A stretch of 64,000 bases of DNA from Styela clava (taxonomy: Eukaryota): NCBI RefSeq assembly GCF_964204865.1, contig NC_135253.1, positions 16,182,001-16,246,000 of the forward strand, written 5' to 3'. Position 1 is the stretch's first letter. Each line of letters opens with the position of its first letter. Of this stretch, positions 53,401-64,000 are shown piece by piece. The notes beneath the pieces were generated by a model. That model did not search any database and was not told where the DNA came from. It saw only the letters and a program-made list of their open reading frames with translations. The position numbers and the translations under genes were made by a program.

Positions 53401-54908
53401 TTGCCCTGACCAATATGATAGAAACTACGAAAGGTTCTTTTGGATGGAGACTCAATCTAGATTCAATTTCCCAACACGCAAAAGATTTTTATTTTCTTGG
53501 AAATGAAGATGATTTTACTCCCTATACAGGAAGAACATTATTTTTAGGAGGTGCCCTTTCAAAATACATTCTGTAAGTGGTTACATATAGATTCAATGAA
53601 ATTGTAAATATTTTCACATAAGTATCACAAAATGAAACACTAAAGTTTAAATAAATTATATCAACAATATTTACCGATATTAATATCAATGATAAGGAGA
53701 AATGCCCGAATGGAATCGAACATTTAAAAGTGCTCAAATATTTCATATGGTGAATTCTTGAATTGTAGAAGAATTGTGAATGCTTCTATTTGGAAATTTG
53801 TCAGCTTGAGAATTTGACAACTAATGGCCAAACAAAAAATAATATTTATTCACCGTATTTCTCTGTGTATAATACGCACCCGTAGATAATCCAGGTTTTA
53901 GTACATTTTTAACGAGAATTTTTGAAACTCCACGCATAATAGGCCTACGCATATCAACATTCCGTCCTCTCTTACCTTGTAGATGTTTTTTTCCGGACGT
54001 TTCAGGCATTCTGTCCGCTTGCCTTTTGTTAACCATATATACCTGGTAATATGTTTTATGTATTTACCTGTGAAACATCTGCCAATCATGATGTGATGTT
54101 ATTTGACATTAAAGTATCTTTTAAAGTTGTTGTCTCTCCACTTTAATAAAAGCTGAAAGGTCACTCATATGGTGATTTATCAAGGTAGAGTTTTGCCGAT
54201 TCAGCAAAACGAGAGAAACAGGCCAGACATGACAGCAGTTAAGGGATGTACACTAAATTGTTGTTAAACTGGGTATGCTTCTACCGAATCAAGCATGATC
54301 TGATTCTGACAGACTTTGCCACATAAAATCAAGAACTTAAGATTAATAAATGTGACAATTATTAGCCAGTTAAAGTATAAAATGAGAATTAATATTTTTT
54401 GATATTTTCTAGACCAATGTATAATACGCACCCCCATATTTGTGAGACTAAATTTGACCATGAAAATGCGTATTATACGCGGAGAAATACGGTACTTCCT
54501 TCACTGTAAAAAAGAGAATTTTTATCGAAACAATGATTATCTTAATCATTCTGCATTCACCAAATTTAATTTTACTTTTCTTGTAGTCAATTTGCAGTGG
54601 TCTGTGAATTCTGTTCAACATGACCATTTTTTCCAATATGTCACTCCTCAAAAAAAAATATCACAAAGTAAACTATTTGGTTATAGCCATCTCTGGCAGT
54701 GGCAGACAGCCAGTTCAAATAGTGTATTACATTTTTACATTCATGCTTTTGTATTTTTTCTCATTGCAGGCCAAACGATTATCCCGACATTAAAAGACTT
54801 TTTACGAACTCCGATATTCAACATATTCCAGATTGTGGACATTGGGTCCATGCTGATAATCCTAAAGAATTTGCTTCTAGAGTCTCGAACTTTTTAGGCG
54901 GCAGTTGA
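50470..54908 (+). CDS. ABHD11: Alpha/beta hydrolase ABHD11, 7 exons
   Basis: Exons 50470-50528, 51034-51181, 51575-51748, 51829-51904, 52613-52719, 53382-53572, 54770-54908. Motifs HGLLGNKFNF, DVRNHGESPH, GHSLGG (nucleophile), VVDVAP, WRLNLD, TLFLGG, GHWVHADNP. The basic N-terminus resembles a mitochondrial presequence. Confidence 0.92.
51946..52169. mobile_element. Degenerate hAT MITE in an ABHD11 intron
   Basis: AAACTACAGCCCGCGGGC..AATCCGGCCC start and GTTGCCCACCCCT end; TSD unclear. Confidence 0.55.
53853..54492. mobile_element. Tc1/mariner/pogo-type MITE with CCG termini
   Basis: TIR CCGTATTTCTC..TGTATAATACGCA and TGCGTATTATACGCGGAGAAATACGG; TA on the right flank; internal extra copy of TATAATACGCACC. 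Confidence 0.8.
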
Positions 54909-56281
54909 TATTTCACCTGAAATTTTTCAGTTCTTTTTTATGATATGCCTTTGACTAATAGCACTTTGTTGATATGTTTGTCTATATATATTTTTAAGTT
55001 ATTGATAGACTGCAATGAACTGATATCCTTGCTCAATTATCATCACAATTTACCAAACTTTCAATTTCTTCATAAAAATTTCGAAATACAATGGTTCTTC
55101 AAAATTTAGATGATGAAAAAAATTTTTTTTTTGTAAAATTTGCCATTTTTTCAATAACATTTAGATTCATATCTGATTTGGCATGCTTTTGCTGCAACAA
55201 ATATTCAGGAAGTTATTTCTGATACAGGAATGTATAACAAATGTGCATTCTCATACCTATAAGTTCAATTCAATACTTGGTGATTTACGTTTTCTTAAAT
55301 ATAAATTCTTGATTCATTATGTAAGGTGGTATACTTCGATGCTAGGCTACTGCCATTAATTTTACGTGGTGTTCTAAGTATCACTGTGTTTTTAGAAAAT
55401 AGATTTTTGTTATAGACGAAATATTTGTGGCGTGCTCAATCATATTTTTTCGTACATTCTACTCAAATTTATGTCTTTACAATGATAGATGTTGTTCTGC
55501 CCTTGATATGATATCAATACTTTCTCATTTGGTAATATTTTGATATGTTCTAAACATTTTGATTGGACATATTTATTTTATCTTTCTATTGTTAAACATC
55601 ATACTTCTTTAGAAATTAGGAACTCTAAACAAAGGCAATGACTACAATGATAAAGTGTTCCTCTTTTTTCATTTTGATATATTATTGATATATAAGACAT
55701 CTGACATAGCGAGTACGTAAATACCTGTAAGCAGCATGTTTATACTTGTCCGATAAAATTGTTAAATAAAAGTGATTTGGAGAGATGTTTCCCCTTGGCC
55801 CCAGAAAAATTCTTTTATACTTGCTTATTTTAAGATTGTTCACATGTTACATAACTGTCATTTTGATTCAAAACATTTAACCACTTGCTATATAGAAGTA
55901 TTACTAGCTGATTTTAATCTACCTATCTATCGCATGTTTACTTGGACTAATATTCAAATACTGCAACTAAGCTAAAACTTGTCAGGAGCGGAAATAAAAA
56001 AGGAATTTAGGGGGTTTTATTGACAAATTATCATTAAATATTCCAATTATTTACCTTAACAAAACTAGACATAGCCTCATTTTAAGTACAAATTTTCTAA
56101 CTAAGTTTGTAATGCTATATTTTTTTTTATTACAATGAATTTGTGTAAATTCTGAAAATATTTCAGTTAGGAAATAGTCTTCAAAAATCTAGTTTATTTA
56201 TTTCGTCACTGAGAAATGTCTTAAGACAATATTGAAATTTCCATCCACGAAGAGGCTCTATTATTTATAACCATTCTGAAA

Positions 56282-56303
56282 TTTTATTTTTCTCTACATT
56301 CAG
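56282..56303 (+). promoter_or_regulatory. Splice acceptor upstream of the SMG8 ATG; candidate SL trans-splice site
   Basis: TTTTATTTTTCTCTACATTCAG ends 33 nt before ATG 56337. Confidence 0.5.
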
Positions 56304-56336
56304 AATTAGCATAAATGTTTGTATATAAGAAAGTCT

Positions 56337-59300
56337 ATGGCAGTGAAAGGCATTTGGCAACTGCCTTTCCACAACAATATAGATGCCGCCAAGGGAAGTA
56401 CGGAAGTTTGTGTAGTTGGAGTATTCGGCAAAAGTACTTGGGGGCATTCTTCTAAAAGTTGTGTTATTAATCGATTAACAAGAACCTATGAATTTCCAAT
56501 TCACAAACCTTTAAATATGGATCGAAAAAATGAAGATGAAAAAGACAATAGTTTTGAAAAATACATGTGAGTAGATAGTATACAACCATTTACACACAAT
56601 TTTATTTTATATGATTTTTTATATGATATTTTTGGAGTATAAAATGTTTTCAGTTATTATAAGACACGAAGTGTACATTTGCATTGTTTTGCTAATTTAT
56701 TGTTGTTGTTGGAAAACTACGCTTCTCTCTGCAACTGATGGATCAATCGATTTGCTGAATATTTTAATTATATATTCCAAATTTCTTGTCCTGTGGGATC
56801 CGATGTTTCATCAGAAAATTTGGGGCTAGTTCATTAATCGCCGTACTTCTAGTTGGGGTGGCATCATAACTATTTTCGCATATGTCATTTCTAACCCCCA
56901 CCTGGCTATGTCATACAATAATTACGTCATTACAACGTCACAGTGATGAAAGAGGACCAGTCAAAGTATACGGATTGTCACCCAAAACGCGCAGACGATC
57001 ACCCGAAATCAAGCAAGCTATTTCGCTCGTTTTCTCATTGTAACGATACCGATATGAGAGAGATCGCTGTTAGCGAGTTCCTTATCCTCGGCAGAGATGC
57101 CATTTCGGGCGACATAGCTTTTCTTTTGCAAGCTCTATGACGTCGTAGTGTCGTAATTTTTGGGTGACGTTGTCAGGTGGGGGTTAAGAATAACATATGC
57201 AAAAATTTTTGTGCCACACCGACTAGAAGTACTTGCGGCGATTAGTGAACATGCGCCAAAAATTTGCTGTTCATTTTGAATAAAGGGGTACACTTTGTAT
57301 TCTGTAATGCTCGACCAATTCTGTATTACTTGCCCCCAATTTCACACCAAACCTCAATGCTCCCATGCCTTACCTTTGAGTTCATATATTTGAGCATTGC
57401 CCTCTTGTTCATGTAATGCTATTCTTAACTCCTTCAAGAGCCTCGATGCTCTACCTGCGCTTTCAAATATTTTGCTGCTAAAAACATCCAGTAAATTTAA
57501 AGGAATCTAGTCGTTACTCGTTACAACAACTTAACTCTTCAGATATCATTTTCTTTTCATAGTTACTTCACAATAATAAGTTGGATATTTCTCATTTTCA
57601 GGCCTAAAATTGAAGCCTATTTTGATGAAGAAAACCAAATTATCTACTTGCATCTTATTTCAATTTATGATGCTGCCACATTGGCTGACGTTGCAGCATC
57701 AATAAGAAGTCAAACACTTTCCCACAGCATGTCTCATGATATGTTAAAAAACCATGAGGTATGGAATTTATTATACTATCATATATACTAAGGCTAAAAT
57801 CAGATATACTTGGATTTGTTTTTACAGTATATCCTTGCATATATTTGCCGAGTTTAAAAAAAACTCAAAAAAAGTTGCCAAAGTAAGGCCCTAATTAATA
57901 TAATTAATTAATGTTTTCAATATGTTCTTTTTCATTGGAAGAATGCTCTTTCCTAATCTCACCAACAATATACTCTCAACGGATTTGAGCTCTTATACTC
58001 ATTGGTGTCTCATACGATGATTGTAATTACACGAACTAATATTAATTTCAGATCGGACATTTATTTGGACTTACATACTTATTTTCTGTTTGCCATATCT
58101 TGATGCTTGTTCATCCTGTAAGCCAATTTGACATCACTTATGACAGGTATGTACCAGTTAGGAGAATTTATCATTCTAGCATCAATGAAAATTGATAATT
58201 GTCAAGCCTTGTACAGTTATAGCTTATGTCACGACCATTTAATGGAGAAAGTTACTTCACTGTACTTCTCATCCCCTTTTAACGGATAATGTGATTTAAC
58301 TATTGAAATTTAGAGATAATATGCAAGTTCCAGTTTTCTCCTTAAGCAGAAAATGAAATAGAAGCAAAATTTGAATTAATGAATAAAATATGATTGATGA
58401 ATTGAGTTGGTTTTCGAAAAAGGCAATACCTTGTTTAGCATCTATCGGTGCTTTCGGATCATAACTCGGATTTTGAAAAGTTCACAATCCTACTCTAAGT
58501 TAAGAAAAATGTTGACTACAAGTCCGAACTAGACTGTTAAGAACACTTTAAAATTGATGCTTTTTGAGTTTCAGTTGGAATTTTTGGACTCGTTTTTATC
58601 ACAATTAAAAGTCTGTAATTCCGAATTGGAATGGAACTCTGGTGAATTCTAAATTGCGACTTAGAATTTCGACTCCAGGGAGTTTGAAGATACGACTCCT
58701 GTGGAGGCATGCTAAACTTTGACCTCCCATTCTGCTTCAAAATTATCCCAATATTTTTTTATGGTTATGTATTAACAGGCTTTTTCAACGTGTTGCAAGC
58801 TTGCGTACTAAGCTTGTACCTGTGATCAAAGATGTTCTCAAAGACTGCAGTGTGGGTAGGGATTGGTGGGTGAATGGTCGTCCCTGCCCACCCCGCCTTT
58901 TACTGGTGTTTCAGAGATGTCACCTATTGACGTTGACCAACAAACAGGTGAACTTCAATACTTTAAAATTTGTGTAATTACTCTCAATGATGTTGGAAAA
59001 TATATTAGCAGAAAAGTCCAATGGCTGACTTCAGTACAGATAGCCTATGCAACTTAGACAGATAGATAGTTATGTTGAACGCCATAACATACATAAATTG
59101 AAAAAGGAGAATTCTGAGGTTTAAAACCGCACACAGGTTACAAAAAACACGAACCCTGTTGAAGGCTTGGGCCAGAAATAAACAAAATTGTATTGAACTG
59201 TCGTCGGACTGTTGTACTCTTAAAATTAAGTTAATAATGACCGAATTAATCTGCTACAAAGATAACCTGTCTAGAAGCAGTTTTAAAAAGTAGTTCTAGC

Positions 59301-62300
59301 CTCTAGGTCTATTTGCATTCACCCTTATTGGTAAAATTTTATTTTTATTTCCTATATATGCATTGAAATTCTAATTTCAGAGTGAAAATGAGAAGCCTAC
59401 TGAACCTGGACTTGTCCCCAAGAAAAAGAAACCTCCTGTGAAAAGACTTCAGCACACCATAGAAGATCAGGTTTGAAATCAATTACTATTTTATACATTA
59501 TATTATGACAATAACATTATAATGGACAACTGGCACTTTGACACTTGCACTGTTGGTATTTATGATAAACTATTCACTCCTATCGGCCTTTCCAAGTAAC
59601 TGCTTTCGTCAATTGATTGGTATTATTTATCATGAAAATATTTTTTTTCGAATTCGAGCATACTTGTATTGGGGAGTCTAAGGTTTAATCTAACTTGGAG
59701 CTAGCTGTTGAAAAATATGTTATTGCAACAAAATACTGGAAATCAGTTAAACGAAAAAAGTGCCTAACCATTTTAGGAACAAATTTTCAAATTTAACTAT
59801 TTCTCATGGCTATGTTTCAACTCAATTTCCACACATATATCTCCAGGTATTTATAATTATTCTTCTGTATCCTTTTGCAGGTTTATAGAATTCTTCGTAG
59901 TAGTAGAGTATTGACAAACAATGCTGTGAATTGTCTGTTCAGTGTTCCTCCAAACCAAGCATTTGTCCACATCATGACTGATGAGTTTAAGAAAATTGAA
60001 AAGGTTAAAGTTTGTCATTGAATTTTTACTCATTCTATATGTTGAAAAAATGTTGACTTTGATTCCAGATAGATAGAAACTCCTGCTATTGGCCTCCACG
60101 AACTTTGATAATGAGAACTTTGACTTATATGCAGTTATGCTTTACTACATTGTTCTTCAAATGTTTTCCATCATGGCCAAATTTTTCGTGGCCATCAGGA
60201 ACTAAGGTCAAAATTAAGTAAAATTTAACAATAAAGAAGATAATAAAAAAAGAATAATATTGACAATAACTCTAATGAGATATATGTGCTTGCATATCTC
60301 GCACAAAAGATCGAATCAAGGCTTTATTTCGGCGATGGTGGGTCTTGGTACTGGTTGAAAATCTTTCAAATTTGATCGATATTTTATTTTAACAAAAGTT
60401 AGTGTCAAAAAAGATTTATCTCGATCCTCAATGAGCCCTTTCGCGACCCAACTTGGGTCGGGACCCCCAGTTTGAATAGCCCTGTTTTAATAGACTGATA
60501 GGTACACTTGTCAATTTTCTTTCGTTTTGCCTGTTTGAATAAAAAATTTTGCCTCATCAATGTGAATTGCAATCAAAGTGAACTATTCAGATTTAATCAT
60601 TCGTACTATTGTCCTGTACTTTTTCATGTAATCTCTCTGCATGCACTCAGTAGTGTCGTATTCATGCATTTTAACTGCAATCCAATCCTTTTTAATGTGT
60701 GATTAGGAAGAAGATCCCATCGGTGGAATGTTTGATTTATTATTGGATTCATTCAAACGTCATAGAGATCCGAACTCAATGTCTAGAGCAAAAGAACTAC
60801 TAGCTGATACTCCAGCTCATTGGATGGAAGATTACATGTCTGAAGACGAAAGAAGAAGAAAAGAATCAAAGTTAGTAGTTTTTTTGCCTTATGTTATTAA
60901 ACAAAGAGAGACTGACTTATATACAGCATAGCCATTTCATTTGTTAGGTGTTTAGGTAAAATATTGTTGAAAATTATTTGATTTTTCATAATTGGTATCC
61001 TATCTTAAGTCAAGTCTTGTTTCACTTTTGTTATCTGTAGAAAGTTAACCAAAACAATCTATCTTACTTTATCTGCATTATTGATGAAATGATTTGTGCT
61101 AATCTGTCAAGCTGAGCATAATTCAGTTCAAGATATTTTCAATTTTCCATATTCATAAATATAAATTCAAATTGTATAGATTTCCCTAATAAATTCTCCT
61201 TATGCTTTATCACTGCAAAATTTCCATCGTTGATTTTGGAGATTTGGTGCTTACAAACTGGCTCACATGTTCAAAACTATTATTTGTATTCAAACCATTA
61301 AACTATGTGCCGCTTACAGGTACTGATAGCTAATTGCGCATTTGCGGTATTAATTTTGGATTATTGCCACGAAAGTAAAGGTCCTAGGAAGACATAATGA
61401 CAATTAAGATATATGATTTACAACTATTTTTTGGAAACACAACTAAAAACTGACAAATATCTCGCAAAACTACCAAGAGGCAATGTTTACAACCTCGTTT
61501 GAATATCTGTCTGGGCTGAAGAAGTGTCTGAGCTGTGACTTGAATTGCAATCGTTACGTCATTGGTTGACTTATTGCTGATTTGTAATTGTTACGGAAAT
61601 AAACAAGGAAATTGATGCTCGGGGAAACATCCATAGGTAACTGTTATCTCAGAATCAGTAATTATTCATATTTGTTCATCCCTGATATGTGCTACAATTA
61701 CATCTCTTTTGTTTTATATGCTTATTATAATTGAATATATTCTCACAGGGACGGTGGTAATAACATCCGGTCCTTCCTTCACCAACATACTTCTCTTGTG
61801 TTCGATAAGAAAGGCTTCAATGACAGCATAGGACGAAATCCTCTACCGTCTCATTTTGAGTTACCGACATTAAAAACATGGCTTAAGGTTTGATTTTATG
61901 ATTTTGTTCAATCTTTTCAGATTTCGAACATAATTATGTATGTCTACGTAACCGCCGGTCGCTAAAATGAAATCTTTCACTAGAAACAAGTAACTGGTCA
62001 ACAATTCTATTACCTGACATGTTGACTGGTAACCATACTGGTTTGCCATATTATCGGCTTCCCGTGATGATTATGTGAAATTTAAAATTTTAAGGGCATT
62101 GTAAAAACCGAATCTATGGAGTATAAGTTTTAATAAATTGTCTACAGCAAATTTTCATTTTCATAATTTTCATTCAAAGCAAACTTTTCTATCTATTCCA
62201 TTTATTACTGGACATGAAAGAATGCATATTAAGCAATCTTTTCACATATAATTATCACAACGCAAGTATTTATCTTATGGAATCTTGTGTTTCTTAACTC

Positions 62301-64000
62301 ATCTTTAACGTAACTTTATCTTCTATTCATTGTTTAGGTTGCAAATGGATTGTATAATCTCCTTCTAACTGATCAAAATGTCTTGGGTCCTGGATTCGAA
62401 ATTACGGGAGGTACAAAAAAGGGTGGTGAGGATACAGGACGTTCAGTTGAGGATTTATTCTCAAAAGTATCTAATTGCAGACAATATCTTCGTTCAAAAG
62501 TTGATATTGAAATGAAATTCAGTGAAGCAAGGTAAGGCCTTTTTATATAACTAATTATACTTGCAATAATGCTAACTTATAATGGTGTTATACAAGTCTT
62601 TTCAAGCTTTTGGTAGAGCAGGGCTTTCCAACCATATTTGATACATTCTTCCCTTCACCTATTTTGGAACTTTCCATCCCTCTCCCCCTCAATACACATG
62701 AAAATGTATTCCTGTTTGTTGTTAATTTTAATGGATGATTAGCTAGTGATACGCACTCTCTAGCTTTTGTACTATTTGAATATTTTTCAGAGTGTGAATA
62801 AAGATGTACTACAATGATACTATTCAAGCAAAAAGAAATACTATATGCAAATACAAAGTGAATTTTACTCCCCAAAAACAATTCTTTATCGCTTGAGAAA
62901 GATTGCAGAAAGAAACTTGGAACAAAGTATAAACAGTTTTGTCCCACAAATCCGCAACAGATCTCAATGCTAAACAATCGTCGACGTTTTAAAATGTATA
63001 TGTTTACAAAGTTTTATTTCATTGTTTTAGTAAAGTGTCCTAATCAAAATAAGCAACAGTTATAATAGTTATACTTGCTTATGTCATCCATTTTCTATAT
63101 TTGTTTGATTACTGAGTGTAATAATAAAATATATTATTTTATTTACACAGGTGCAGTAAAGTTTTACCAATGGCCATTTCTGTTTATCAGAACAGTTTAC
63201 CATCGCATTACACCAGCAAGGTCCACAATAACCAACTGAATCAGGTGAGAAACTTTCTTGGGATAATTGTGGGAAATATTTATTACCATGAAAATAGTGC
63301 TTTATTGTGACCCGTCACGTTTGTATATCGAATTTGGAACGAATTATGTTAGACTACCGAGGTATCACTGTGTTTAGTTCAGGGTTCACCTAATTGATGA
63401 AGAATTCATTAGCAGCTAATTTCATTTCTTGACAGGCACTCTTGACATATAATCAGCATGCCCGTGGACCAGCAACTGACAAATATCGTAACCAGTTGAA
63501 GTCCGAGTGCATGGCATTTTGGCGAAATGGTCGTCAATTGTGTGAAGTAAGATCTCTGACTGATCGTCATTGCGTCCATCGTTTTCATATTCTGTCCCAA
63601 CCCAATGGAATTCAAGATCCAGATGCAGACCCGCCTATTTTATTTCACTCATCAAGATCTAGATCAACTGCTACTAGTAGCTGTGGCTCAATTCAGGGCT
63701 TGAGAGAAGATCCTTTTGATTTGAAGGAAGCTAATTATGATTTCTATGTTATACTGGATAAAAAGGCACACACTCAACCTGTTGAAGTATATTCGTTCCC
63801 TGTTTATCAACCTGGCGACGAACCGCAGAGCATTCAAAACGCTTATTTCACTGACGGCACTGCTTCGTTCTCATCTCAGCTTCTATCGACCGATAATCCA
63901 GATTTTCGAACCGAGTCAATGGGACTCCAACAATCTACAAGCGTTACCACTCAAGATGAGGAAGCTGAAGGCGGAAAGAGAAAACTAAGATCTCGGAATA
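56337..64000 (+). CDS. SMG8: Nonsense-mediated decay factor SMG8; 3' end lies beyond the window end
   Basis: Exons 56337-56566, 57602-57758, 58052-58146, 58779-58947, 59381-59470, 59881-60003, 60707-60870, 61749-61887, 62338-62531, 63151-63244, 63436->64000. Motifs EVCVVGVFGKS, LFSVCHILMLVHP, NGRPCPPRLLLVFQ, KRLQHTIEDQVYRILR, KKGFNDSIGRNPLPSHFELPT, KFSEARCSKVLP, WRNGRQLCEVRSLTDRHC, REDPFDLKEANYDFY. Confidence 0.95.
56822..57257. mobile_element. MITE related to family B but with different termini, in SMG8 intron 1
   Basis: Body matches 26423-26866. Tips are GG.GC..GTTCA.TAATCGCCG. Flanks GAAAATTT / AAAAATTT. Confidence 0.8.
61480..61640 (-). repeat. Interspersed repeat related to ~32385-32550
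   Basis: Reverse-complement similarity (CCCCGAGCATC.A.TTCCTTGTTTA, GCTCAGACACTT, CAGACAG, AAACATT.CCTC). Confidence 0.65.

Overview
AT-rich, intron-containing animal genomic DNA. Gene density, short introns, patchy CpG content and tightly packed same-strand genes suggest a tunicate (ascidian); this is inference. Five protein-coding genes were reconstructed by hand from GT-AG exons. (1) An AMP deaminase (AMPD2-like) on the minus strand, running off the window start, with a long 5' region holding candidate alternative first exons and a candidate cassette exon. (2) An intronless VPS35L/C16orf62 orthologue (43288-46233). (3-5) A closely spaced plus-strand trio, ANKRD39 - ABHD11 - SMG8 (SMG8 runs off the end), which looks like a trans-spliced operon. 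Introns and the 27-43 kb region hold many non-autonomous transposons: hAT, piggyBac and Tc1/mariner MITEs, Helentron-type elements and tRNA-derived SINEs. Notable structures include a three-layer nested LINE/MITE/MITE insertion, a 340-bp near-perfect inverted duplication, a ~1.3-1.8 kb tandem duplication, and arrays that look like transposon excision footprints. I found no single clearly novel system. The best leads are the candidate operon, the overlapping uORF at the SMG8 start, and AMPD isoform regulation. Family assignments come from recalled motifs, not from searches.
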